Below, piece by piece: positions 8,324-17,091 of a stretch of 35,364 nt of DNA; the stretch's first letter is position 1, and each line of letters begins with the position of its first letter. Made by a program: the position numbers and the translations under genes. The stretch comes from Planctomycetota bacterium (GTDB lineage: Bacteria; Planctomycetota; UBA11346), in assembly GCA_038213805.1 (NCBI GenBank), contig JBBQSO010000056.1, positions 1-35,364 of the forward strand, in the 5' to 3' direction. The notes beneath the pieces are model-generated. The model made no database searches, was not told the origin of the DNA, and saw only the letters and a program-made list of their open reading frames with translations.

Positions 8324-11259
8324 GGCCTGCGCGTCCAGCGTGCGAGCGCCTGCTGCAGCATCTCGGCGGTGAACGGTTTGGGCAGGTGCGCGCTCGCGCC
8401 GAGCTCGGTGGCCAGGGCGCGATGCTTGTCCGCCGAGCGCGAGGACACCACCACCACCGGCAGATCCTCCAGGCCGGGGGCGGCGCGGATCTCGCGCAGC
8501 AGTTCATAGCCGTTCAGGTGCGGCATCTCGAGGTCGGTGAAGACCAGGTCGAACTCCCCGGCGCGCAGCAGGGCGAGCGCCTCCGCACCGTCGCCGGCCA
8601 TGGTCGGCACGGCGCCGAGCTCGCGCAGGTGGCGCTCGGCGACCTTGCGCACCGACAGCGAATCGTCGACGTAGAGCACGCGCGGCCCGCCGGCCACGGC
8701 AGGCGTGGCGGTGGGCGGCAGCGCCACCGGCGCGGGCGTGGGCGGTGGCGCGACGATGGCGGACTGCTGGAGCAGCCCGGGCACGTCGATGACCGGGATC
8801 AGCGTGCCGTCGCCGGCGATCGCCGCGCCGGAGAACAGGGCGTGGCCAGCGAGCAGCTCGCCGAGGCTGCCGATGACGATCTCCTCCTGACGCAGCAGCG
8901 CATCGACACGCAGCGCCCAGCGCTGATCGCCGAGGCGCAGCACCAGCGCCGGTCCCTGTCCCGCCGGCGGGGAATCGCCCAGGCCGAGCACCGCGACCAG
9001 GTCGCGCAGCACCAGCTGACGACCGGCGTACGGGATGCGCACCGCCCCGGCCGAGGCGGTGGCGGTCAGCTCGCCGAGGTCGAGCAGGCGCTCGATGAAG
9101 TGCATCGGCACCGCGAAGATGCGCCCCTGCGCCACCACCAGCAGGGCGCGGCTGATCGCCAGGGTCAGCGGCAGGGTGACGGTGAAGCAGGTGCCGCCCG
9201 CGGGCAGCGCCGCGACGCGCACCGTGCCGCCCAGGCGCTGGATCTCGTGGCGCGCCGCATCGCAGCCGTAGCCGCGCCCGCTGACCGCGTCGGCGCTGGC
9301 CTGGGTGGACAGTCCGGCCGCGAAGACCAGGTCGCGCACCGCGTCGCTGTCCGCCGGTGTGTCGGCGGCGATCAGGCCGAGCGCAATGCCGCGCCGGCGC
9401 AGGGCGGCGAGATCGAGGCCAGCGCCGTCGTCGCTGACGGTGATGACGATCTCGCCGGACTCCTGGCGCGCCGCCAGGGTGATGGTGCCGTCCGGGGTCT
9501 TGCCGGCGAGCAGGCGCGTCTCCGTCTGCTCGAGGCCATGCGCCACGGCGTTGCGCACCAGGTGCAGCAGCGGGCCGTGCACGGCGTCGGTGAGCGCCTT
9601 GTCGAGCGCGACCTCCTCGCCGGCGGTGGCCACGCGCACGCCCTTGCCGAGGCGTTCCGCGGTCTCGCGCACCGCGACGTGCAGGCGCATGAACAGGCCG
9701 CCGACCGGCACCAGGCGCGCCCGCATCACGCCGCCCTGGATGCCCGAGATGACCCGGCCCATGGACTCGGCGTCCTCGTCGAAGGCGGCGAGCGAGCGGT
9801 CGATGCCGCCCTGCAGCTCGCCGATGTCGCCGCTGATCTCGGCGAGCGCGCGCGCCAGCACGTTGACGTCGTCGTAGCGATCGAGTTCGAGCTCGGTGAA
9901 AACCGCGGCGCCCGTGCCCGCGCTGTCCGCGCCCAGGGCCGCCGCGCCGCCGCGAAGGCGTGCGCCGTCCAGTCCGCTGAACTCGTGCCGTGCGCGGAAA
10001 TCTTCGACGGTCGCGAGCAGGCGCGTGCGGCTGGCGCTCAGCTCGCGCTGTACCGCGGCCAGGCCGCCGATGCGGTTGCCGAGGCGGGCGCGGCCGATCA
10101 CCAGCTCGCCGGCGAGGTGCATCAGACCGTCGAGGTGGCTGGCGGCGATGCGCAGCCAGCGGCCCGCCTCGGCGGGGGCCCTGCTCGCGGTGCCGGCAGC
10201 GTCCGGCGCCGCGTCCGGCCCGTGGTCCGGAGCGGCCAGGGCGCCGATCGCGGCCTCGAGCTCGGCGGGGGCGAGGTCGGGCGCGCCGCACCGGGCCAGC
10301 CCGGCGCGTAGCGCGCGCTGCACGCGCAGCAGCAGGGGCACGGTGCCGGCGGGCAGGGTGCGGCGCTCGCGCAGGCCTTCGAGCAGATCCTCGACGCGGT
10401 GCGCCAGGTCGCCGAGCGCGGCCAGCCCGACGGTCTGCGCCGAACCCTTGAGGGTGTGGTAGTCGCGCAGCAGCTCGGTCAGCGCGCCGCGTCCGCCGCC
10501 CTGGTCGAGCGCCAACGTGTGGCGGTCGAGGCTGTCGAGCAGTTCGCCGGCCTCCTGCGCGAAGGCCTCCACCACCTCGGCCTCGGGCTGGTCGGTGGGA
10601 TCGGATGCAGCTGCGGGTGGGGCGGCAACCCGCGCGGCGACGGGTGCCGGAGCGGGGGCGCCGGCACACGCGGCCGGCTCCTCCGGGAACAGGTAGCCCT
10701 CCTCATCGTCGGCGCCCGTCAGCGACGGTCCGGGGGTCTCATCGGCGAAGACGTAGCCGGTCTCGTCCGCCGGCGGCGCGCCCGCGGACTCCGCTGCACC
10801 CGCCTCCACCGTCATCCCGCGCACCGGCACCTCGTCGAGCTCGGCGAGCGGCAGCGCCGTGGCCGCCGCGAAGGCGGCCGCCACGGCGTCGGCGCCGACG
10901 CGGTCCTTGGCCAGTTCGAGGTCGAGCAGGCCTGCCATGGCGGTCAGGCCGCTGGCGGCGCGCGCGGCCAGCAGCTGCAGGCGGTGCGCGGCGCGCAGCT
11001 GGGTGAGCCGCTCGGTCTCCATCGCCTCGACCAGTTCGCGCAGGGTCACCGCGCTGGCGGTCAACCCGTCGGCGCCGACCAGCGAGCTGCTGCCGGCGAT
11101 GGTGTGGCAGCCGTCGTCGAGCGCGCCGAGCAGCGCGGCTACGTCCTGCACGCTCGGCGCGCCGTGCAGCTGCGCGAGCTGGCCGGCCATGCCGTCCAAC
11201 GCCGCGCTGATGTCGGCGCGGAACGGCCCGTGCACCTCGTCGATGGAGAAGCGCTCCAT
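8320..11259 (-). CDS. cheA: Hybrid CheA (ChpA/PixL-like): Hpt-Hpt-dimerisation-HATPase-CheW-receiver
   Basis: Start MERFS at 11259. Hpt motifs CHTIAGSS and YHTLKGSA; LDGLMHLAGELVI, ELELDRYDD, HLVRNAVAHGLE, DDGAGLD and SGRGYG; C-terminal receiver YVDDS...FTDLEMP...KPF. Confidence 0.95.
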   Translation of the reverse strand: MERFSIDEVHGPFRADISAALDGMAGQLAQLHGAPSVQDVAALLGALDDGCHTIAGSSSLVGADGLTASAVTLRELVEAMETERLTQLRAAHRLQLLAARAASGLTAMAGLLDLELAKDRVGADAVAAAFAAATALPLAELDEVPVRGMTVEAGAAESAGAPPADETGYVFADETPGPSLTGADDEEGYLFPEEPAACAGAPAPAPVAARVAAPPAAASDPTDQPEAEVVEAFAQEAGELLDSLDRHTLALDQGGGRGALTELLRDYHTLKGSAQTVGLAALGDLAHRVEDLLEGLRERRTLPAGTVPLLLRVQRALRAGLARCGAPDLAPAELEAAIGALAAPDHGPDAAPDAAGTASRAPAEAGRWLRIAASHLDGLMHLAGELVIGRARLGNRIGGLAAVQRELSASRTRLLATVEDFRARHEFSGLDGARLRGGAAALGADSAGTGAAVFTELELDRYDDVNVLARALAEISGDIGELQGGIDRSLAAFDEDAESMGRVISGIQGGVMRARLVPVGGLFMRLHVAVRETAERLGKGVRVATAGEEVALDKALTDAVHGPLLHLVRNAVAHGLEQTETRLLAGKTPDGTITLAARQESGEIVITVSDDGAGLDLAALRRRGIALGLIAADTPADSDAVRDLVFAAGLSTQASADAVSGRGYGCDAARHEIQRLGGTVRVAALPAGGTCFTVTLPLTLAISRALLVVAQGRIFAVPMHFIERLLDLGELTATASAGAVRIPYAGRQLVLRDLVAVLGLGDSPPAGQGPALVLRLGDQRWALRVDALLRQEEIVIGSLGELLAGHALFSGAAIAGDGTLIPVIDVPGLLQQSAIVAPPPTPAPVALPPTATPAVAGGPRVLYVDDSLSVRKVAERHLRELGAVPTMAGDGAEALALLRAGEFDLVFTDLEMPHLNGYELLREIRAAPGLEDLPVVVVSSRSADKHRALATELGASAHLPKPFTAEMLQQALARWTRRP

Positions 11260-11264
11260 GCTGA

Positions 11265-13421
11265 TCAGGTCCGGAAACGCCCGATGCTGGAGCGCAGCTG
11301 CTCGGAGAGCTGGCCCAGCCCCTGGGCGATGTCGAGCGAGCCCTGGGCGCTGCGCTCGGTGTCCTGCGCGATCGCCGAGATGCGCTGCATGGTGCCCACC
11401 ACCGACTGCGCCCCGGTGACCTGGGTGCGCGCGGTGCTGGCGATGTCGGTGACCAGCGCGGTCGACTGGCTGGACACCTCCTTGATGCGCGTCAGCGCCG
11501 AACCGGCGGTGGCCACCGCGCGGCCCTCCTCCTCCACCACCAGGGTCTGCCGCTCGATCGCGCTCACCGACTCGGTGGTCTCGGTCTGGATGGTGCGCAC
11601 CAGCTTGTCGATCTCCTGGGTGGCGTTCGCGGTGCGTTCGGCGAGTTTGCGCACCTCGTCGGCGACCACGCTGAAGCCGCGCCCCTGATCGCCTGCGCGC
11701 GCCGCCTCGATGGCGGCGTTGAGCGCCAGCATGTTGGTCTGCTCGCTGATCTTGGCGATGGTGCCGACGATCGAGGTGATCTCCATGCTGCGGTCGCCCA
11801 GGCGCTTGATCTTCTTGGCGCCGGCCTGCACCAGCGCGCGCAGGGTGTCCATGCCCTGGACCACGTCCTGCACCGAGGACGAGCCCTGCAGCGCCGACTC
11901 CTGGGTGCGCTGCGCGGCCGCGGCCGCCGAGTCGGCGTTGCCGCTGACGCGCGTGATCTCGTCGCTCATGCGCTGCACCGCGGTGGTCGCGGCCAGCACC
12001 TCGTGCGCCTGGCGTGAAGCGCCGGTGGCCATGGTCGCGGCCGCGCCGCGCAGCTCGGCCACCGCCTGGTTGGTGCGGTCGAGCTGGATGGTGATCGCGG
12101 CGATCAGCTCCTGCCACGACTCCATCATCTGGTTGAAGGCGTCGCCGACGTTGCCGAGCGTCCCGTCACCGACCTTGGCGCGCGCGGTGAGGTCGCCGTC
12201 GGCGGCGTTCGACACCACGATGAGCAGGCCGCGGATGTCGTCCTGGAGCAGCCCGTGCTCGTCGACGATGCGCTCCTGCGACTCCTTCACCTGGCTGGTG
12301 AAGCCGTTGAACACGTAGCTGATCAGCAGCGCCGCGCCGATGAAGGTCCAGATGCCGATGCCGCGGGTGGCGCGGTAGCGGTCCGCGCGCTCCACGCACA
12401 GCCGGTCAAGCTCGGGCCCGACCGCCTGCTGCAGGGCCTGGATCTCGTCGATCAGCTGCGCCGCGCGCTGGGTCAGGTCGGCGGCCTTGAGTCGCGGCTG
12501 CGCCGGGTAGAGCAGGTTGTCGCGCAGCGCGTCGGTGAAGGCGTGCAGCTTGGCGGCGGTGGCGTCGAAGTGGTCCTTGACCACCAGGCGCAGGCGCGCG
12601 TTGCCCTGGCGGCCCTCGGTGTACTTCTCGTTGTCCTCAAGGGCGCTCTTGAGATCGACGTTGATCAGGTCGTTGGCGGTGGAGGTGATCAGGCCAAGCG
12701 TCCCCGCGAGGTCGGCGCGCTCCTCGTTGGTGAGCACGCCGTCGGCGATCGCGCCAAGACTGGCGGTGCCGGCGCTGGCGACCAGTTCGCCGAGATTGGG
12801 CAGCTTGAGCAGCCACGCGTCCATCATCCAGTAGCTGTCCAGGTCGGGATCCAGGATGAGATTCGAATGGTTGCCGGCCTGGATCCCGATGAGTGTGCCG
12901 GCGATGTAACCGGTGAGCTCGGCGAAAGCCTGGTCGCGCGCCTGCGGCGTGGGGAAGGTTGCGGCCTGGAGCTGCCGCCAGCCGAGGTGCGCCGTGGATG
13001 CGGGCGGATCGTCCGTCCAGCCGTCGAGCACGTTGCGCCACAGCGTGCTGGTCTCGAGCTGCGCGCCGTAGGCGGTCTCTGCCGCTTCGACGTCGGCGAC
13101 CTGGCCGTTGGCGAGCCGGGTGAGGTCGAGGATCTCAGTGCGTGCCGGTCCCTCGACGCCGCTGTAGGCGACCACGCGCAGGCGCTGCACGGTGGCGAGG
13201 AACCTGCGCACCGGCGTGATGTAGGCGACGCCCACGCTCTCCTTGAAGCTGAAGTCGACATCCTTGCTGGTCTGCTTGACGAGCATGAAGGCGACGTACC
13301 CGTCGGGCAGCAGCAGCAACAGGAGCAGCAGGGAGCGCGCGAAGCGCACGCGCTCGATGAAGAAGTAGACCGGGGCAAAGACGATCCGGGCGAAGCGGTG
13401 CCGGGTGTTAAGCGCTGACAT
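11265..13421 (-). CDS. Methyl-accepting chemotaxis protein (PilJ/PixJ-like) with two TM segments
   Basis: ATG at 13421 follows GGAG. TM1, a large periplasmic region and TM2, then a HAMP-like GDLTARA...GDAFNQM and the signalling hairpin ISEQTNMLALNAAIEAARAGDQGRGFSVVADEVRKLAERT. Confidence 0.95.
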   Translation of the reverse strand: MSALNTRHRFARIVFAPVYFFIERVRFARSLLLLLLLLPDGYVAFMLVKQTSKDVDFSFKESVGVAYITPVRRFLATVQRLRVVAYSGVEGPARTEILDLTRLANGQVADVEAAETAYGAQLETSTLWRNVLDGWTDDPPASTAHLGWRQLQAATFPTPQARDQAFAELTGYIAGTLIGIQAGNHSNLILDPDLDSYWMMDAWLLKLPNLGELVASAGTASLGAIADGVLTNEERADLAGTLGLITSTANDLINVDLKSALEDNEKYTEGRQGNARLRLVVKDHFDATAAKLHAFTDALRDNLLYPAQPRLKAADLTQRAAQLIDEIQALQQAVGPELDRLCVERADRYRATRGIGIWTFIGAALLISYVFNGFTSQVKESQERIVDEHGLLQDDIRGLLIVVSNAADGDLTARAKVGDGTLGNVGDAFNQMMESWQELIAAITIQLDRTNQAVAELRGAAATMATGASRQAHEVLAATTAVQRMSDEITRVSGNADSAAAAAQRTQESALQGSSSVQDVVQGMDTLRALVQAGAKKIKRLGDRSMEITSIVGTIAKISEQTNMLALNAAIEAARAGDQGRGFSVVADEVRKLAERTANATQEIDKLVRTIQTETTESVSAIERQTLVVEEEGRAVATAGSALTRIKEVSSQSTALVTDIASTARTQVTGAQSVVGTMQRISAIAQDTERSAQGSLDIAQGLGQLSEQLRSSIGRFRT

Positions 13422-13432
13422 GCGGAAGGCTC

Positions 13433-13978
13433 CTAGGCGGGGACGGCGCGGTGGGCGCTGCTGGCGTTGTGGGCGCCGTGGGCACGGAACGTGCGCAGGG
13501 CGTCGAGACGGGCGAGCAGCTCGCTGGAGGCGACCAGCGTGGCGACCAGCCCGGGATGCTCCGGGACGGTCAGGAAGCCGGCGACGATGGCTGGCTCGAT
13601 GGCGCGGTCGCCGGCGCGGAAGGCGAGCGCGGCGCGGTCGTGGACGCCGGCCGCGCCGCGGATCACCAGGCCGGCGAGGCTGGCCCCGCGCGCGGCCGGG
13701 CGCAGCACCAGCACGCGTGGGCGCGGCTCGGGCGCGACGCGCTCGCCGGGCAGCCCGAGCAGCTGCGCGGTGTCGATCACCGCCAGCGCCTGGCCGCGCA
13801 GATTGGCGATGCCGAGCACCGCCGCCGGGCAGCGCGGCAGCGGCGTCACGCCGCCCAGCTCGCGCACCTCGCCGACCAGGCCGACGTCGAAGGCGAAGCA
13901 GCCCGCGCCGAGCCATACCAGGCAGACGCGCCCGGCGCCGGCGGCGGCGATGGCCAGGGTGGGAACGGCGTCGTTCAT
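13433..13978 (-). CDS. cheW: CheW coupling protein
   Basis: FAFDVGLVGEV and VTPLPRCPAAVLGIANLRGQALAVID. ATGA overlap with the upstream receiver gene. Confidence 0.9.
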   Translation of the reverse strand: MNDAVPTLAIAAAGAGRVCLVWLGAGCFAFDVGLVGEVRELGGVTPLPRCPAAVLGIANLRGQALAVIDTAQLLGLPGERVAPEPRPRVLVLRPAARGASLAGLVIRGAAGVHDRAALAFRAGDRAIEPAIVAGFLTVPEHPGLVATLVASSELLARLDALRTFRAHGAHNASSAHRAVPA

Positions 13979-14337
13979 GGCGCGAAGCGCTTGATGACCT
14001 GGCGGATCTGTTCGGCGCTGAAGGGCTTGACGATATGGTCGTCGGCGCCCTGCTTCTGCCCCCAGAAACGGTCGGTGTCGGTGCCCTTGCGGGTGATCAG
14101 CACCACCGGGATGGAGGCGGTCGCAGCGTCGCGCTTCAGCCGTCGGCAGGCGCTGAAGCCGTCAAGCCGCGGCATCACCACGTCCAGCAGGATCAGCGCG
14201 GGCCTGAACTCCTTGGCCTTGGCCAGCGCCTCTTCGCCGTCGACGGCGTAGGCCGGCTGGTTGCCGCTGGCCAGCACCACCTTGCCGAGCAGCTCGCGCT
14301 CGCTCTGCAGGTCATCGACGATCAGGACGGTGCTCAT
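13975..14337 (-). CDS. cheY: Single-domain response regulator (PilH/PixH-like CheY)
   Basis: VLIVDD, ILLDVVMPRLDGF, TDRFWGQKQGA (typical of PilH) and KPF. Confidence 0.9.
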   Translation of the reverse strand: MSTVLIVDDLQSERELLGKVVLASGNQPAYAVDGEEALAKAKEFRPALILLDVVMPRLDGFSACRRLKRDAATASIPVVLITRKGTDTDRFWGQKQGADDHIVKPFSAEQIRQVIKRFAP

Positions 14338-14395
14338 GGGTGCTTCCGCGGGCGACGGCATCCTGCCGGGGCGCGCTCGTGGTGGGATGGAGTGA

Positions 14396-16159
14396 TCATG
14401 CGCCGATGCGTCCGTTCATCAGGCGCTGGACGGACGTGCGGTGCAGCGGTCGCGCCAGCACGTGGTCGAAGCCAGCCGCGAGCAGCGCGCGCGCCTGGGT
14501 GGCGTCGGCGTGCGGCAGCAGCGCGACCAGGGTCGTCGCCGAGGTCTCAAGGCGCCCGCGCAGGGTCAGCGCCAGCGCCGCCGCCTCGACCGGGACGGTG
14601 ACGTCGACCAGCGCCACGCTCGCGCCGCCGGCGGCCAGACGCTCCTCGGCCTGGACCGCCGTGCAGCCGCTGACCACGGTCGCGCCATGCCCGTCGCCGC
14701 CCTGGTGGAGCAAGCGCGCGAACGCGCTCGTCAGGCCGGTCTCGGGCGCCGCGCACACCAGCAGGCTCGCGGCCGGCGCCGCCGCCGCGAGCGGCTGGAC
14801 GAGCGCCACGTGCAGCAGCCGGTAGAGCGCATGGAAGGCGTCGAAAGTCGACAGTCCAAGCTGCGCGATGAGGTCTTTCACGCGCTTGCGGCCGTTGATC
14901 TGCAGCAGCACGCGGCGCTCGAGCGCGTCGAGGGTGAAGCGCGGCAGTCGCGCCAGGAAATCGGGGGCGCGCACGCACACCAGGTCGAGCGAGGTGACCT
15001 GCAGCTCAAGCTGCGCCCAGTCGTCGACCAGGCGCAGCCGCTCAAGGTCGAGCTGCTCCGCCGGGATGGCCAGCCCCACGCGCGTGGCGAAGGCCGGCGG
15101 CGCACCGTCCGTCCAGGCGAACGGCAGCGGCCCCTGGCCGAGACGCTGCACCAGTGCGGCGGCGCCCAGGCGCTGCAGCAGCGCGGGGCAGTCCGCGGCT
15201 GGCACCGCCGCCTCAACCCACGCGACCAGTTCCGGGACGCCGTCCGGCGGGGCGCCGCTGGGCACCGGGACGCCGGCGGCGGCGGCGGCACGGCGCGCCT
15301 CGTCCGCGTCGCCGGGCACGCATAGCAGCAATTCGCCGCGGCTGAAATGCAGCGCGAGGCCGCGCGCGCCGCCGACCTGCAGCACGCCGCTGCGCCCACT
15401 CTCGGCGAGCACACGCACCAGCCGCGGCAGCGGCAGCAGCCCGGTGCTGCCCGCGAGTTCGGCGTCGATTGCGCCCGTATCCGGCGCCGGCGCGCCCGCG
15501 CCGGGCAGCAGCGGCGCCAAACCGCCGAGCAGCGCCCCCATGCTCTCGGGCGTAAGCAGCTTGCGCGCGAAGAACGCCGCCGGTGACTGGCCGCGCAACT
15601 CGCCGCACCACTCCGGGATGCGCGCCAGGCGGTCGCGCAGCGCGCTGAAGGCGGCGCGCGCGGCCTCCTCGCAGACGCGCGCATCGCGTTCCGCCACGGG
15701 CGTGGCGGTGGGCGTGGCGATCTCGACGGTCGCGGCTCCCGCCATGGCGGTGCGGACCGGCTCCACGTCGACGGCTACGGCTTCCTCCGGCAGGCGCGCG
15801 AGCACTTGCGCGACCACCTGGCTGATCGCGCCGGGCGTAAAAGGCTTGGCGACGAACGCGACCACCGCCGGACAGTGGCGGAACAGGGCGCGGATGCCGT
15901 CACCCTTGGCCGACATCACCACGATCGGGATGCTGGCGGTGCGCTCGTCCGCAGCCAGGCGCACGCACACCTGGTCGCCGGTGAGGTCGGGCAGCACGTG
16001 GTCGAGCAGGATCAGGCGCGGGCGCAGGCGCTGCGCCAGGGCGATGCCGTCGCCGGCGCAGGCCGCGACCTCCAGCGCGTGGCCCTGCCGGCCGAGCGCC
16101 ATCTCCAGCAGCTTCCGGATAGTCAGGCTGTCGTCGATCACCAGCAGGGGCGCGCTCAC
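14396..16159 (-). CDS. Response regulator: receiver + DUF4388/PatA-N-like domain + degenerate C-terminal receiver
   Basis: N-terminal VIDDS...LLDHVLP...KPF; central LAGSTGLLPLPRLVRVLAESGRSGVLQV...LHFSRGEL; C-terminal ALVDV...GFDHVLARP. GTGA overlap with the upstream gene. Confidence 0.8.
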   Translation of the reverse strand: MSAPLLVIDDSLTIRKLLEMALGRQGHALEVAACAGDGIALAQRLRPRLILLDHVLPDLTGDQVCVRLAADERTASIPIVVMSAKGDGIRALFRHCPAVVAFVAKPFTPGAISQVVAQVLARLPEEAVAVDVEPVRTAMAGAATVEIATPTATPVAERDARVCEEAARAAFSALRDRLARIPEWCGELRGQSPAAFFARKLLTPESMGALLGGLAPLLPGAGAPAPDTGAIDAELAGSTGLLPLPRLVRVLAESGRSGVLQVGGARGLALHFSRGELLLCVPGDADEARRAAAAAGVPVPSGAPPDGVPELVAWVEAAVPAADCPALLQRLGAAALVQRLGQGPLPFAWTDGAPPAFATRVGLAIPAEQLDLERLRLVDDWAQLELQVTSLDLVCVRAPDFLARLPRFTLDALERRVLLQINGRKRVKDLIAQLGLSTFDAFHALYRLLHVALVQPLAAAAPAASLLVCAAPETGLTSAFARLLHQGGDGHGATVVSGCTAVQAEERLAAGGASVALVDVTVPVEAAALALTLRGRLETSATTLVALLPHADATQARALLAAGFDHVLARPLHRTSVQRLMNGRIGA

Positions 16160-17091
16160 GATCGCACCTCCAGCACCGCGCCCGCGACGTTGGCACCCAG
16201 GCGCCCGGCCTCCGCCTCAAGATGTCCGGCGAGCGCCCGTGCACCGCGTGCCGCCACCTCGGCCAGGACCGCGGGCGTCAAGGCCGGGTCAGCGGGTAAC
16301 GGACCGCAGACGAGCAGCACATCGCCGGTCTCCGCCGCCAGGCCCTGGTAAAGGCCCGGGCCCGCCGGCGTGAAGTCGTACCAGGTGGGCAGCCGCGCCG
16401 GCGAATACAGGGCGAGCAGCCCGCCGGTGGTGCTGCCCGCGACCAGCCAGCGCCGCCCGGGCGCATCGAGGTGGATGAGCGCGCCCAGCGCGTCGCCCTG
16501 GCGCGCCAACAGGCGCGTGAGCTGGTCGGAGCCGGGCTGGCCGTCCCAGGCCGCCAGGCTCGGCAACACGCTACGCAAGAGCTCCGCGTCGCTGCCGGCC
16601 GCACCGCCGGCGAGCATCGCGGTGAGCCCCTGCCCGTCACCGCCGGCGAGCTGCGGAAGGCGGCCGTGACCGGCGGCGAATGCGGTGCCCCAGCCGCGCC
16701 CATCCTGCTGCTCCGGCCTCGCCGCGTTGCCGTTCGGCCGCCAGCGCGCCGCCGCGGCGCAGCGCTCGGCGATCAGGGTGGTCGGCAACGGCGGCCCGAG
16801 CAGGGTCAGGCGGCCGCCTGCGAGCAGCACATAGGGTTGCACGAGCGGCTCGCTACCGATCAGCAGCAACGGCGTGCGCGGGAAGAGCCCATCGATGATG
16901 GGGGCGAGCGCGGCCGGCAGGCGCCGCTCGCCGCGCGGCAGGGCGGCGATGACCAGCGTGGGGGCCGCTTCCGGCGGCATCCCGTTGCCGTCCCAGGTGG
17001 CTAGGCGGAGCGCAGCCTGCGCCGTGGCCTGGGTGAGGCGCGCCTGCAGCTGCGGATCGAGGTCGCGGTCCAGCATCAATGCGGTCCTCAC
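16156..17091 (-). CDS. Hypothetical protein; possibly degenerate receiver + degenerate PP2C/SpoIIE-like domain
   Basis: GTGA overlaps on both sides support that it is a real gene. The domain call rests on weak patterns (PTLVIAAL...TPLLLIG, AETGDVLLVCG, terminal GAVLEVR). Confidence 0.6.
   Translation of the reverse strand: MRTALMLDRDLDPQLQARLTQATAQAALRLATWDGNGMPPEAAPTLVIAALPRGERRLPAALAPIIDGLFPRTPLLLIGSEPLVQPYVLLAGGRLTLLGPPLPTTLIAERCAAAARWRPNGNAARPEQQDGRGWGTAFAAGHGRLPQLAGGDGQGLTAMLAGGAAGSDAELLRSVLPSLAAWDGQPGSDQLTRLLARQGDALGALIHLDAPGRRWLVAGSTTGGLLALYSPARLPTWYDFTPAGPGLYQGLAAETGDVLLVCGPLPADPALTPAVLAEVAARGARALAGHLEAEAGRLGANVAGAVLEVRS

Noticed and set aside
7546..10311. 921-aa plus-strand ORF and other long antisense ORFs (172-1404, 1458-3014, 26973-28889, 28971-30680, 32743-34389)
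   Set aside because: They are shadows of real genes on the opposite strand. Long open frames are expected at this GC content and they carry no motifs.
13308..13331. Run of eight Leu codons in MCP TM1 as a phase-variable repeat
   Set aside because: The codons are mixed (CTG/CTC/TTG), so it is a transmembrane segment and not a slippage tract.
7830..13916. Long N-terminal extensions of the kinase (to 8507), CheA (to 12117) and MCP (to 13916) suggesting fusions or frameshifts
   Set aside because: The extensions overlap genuine upstream genes in other frames, and each gene has a better start at or near the upstream stop.
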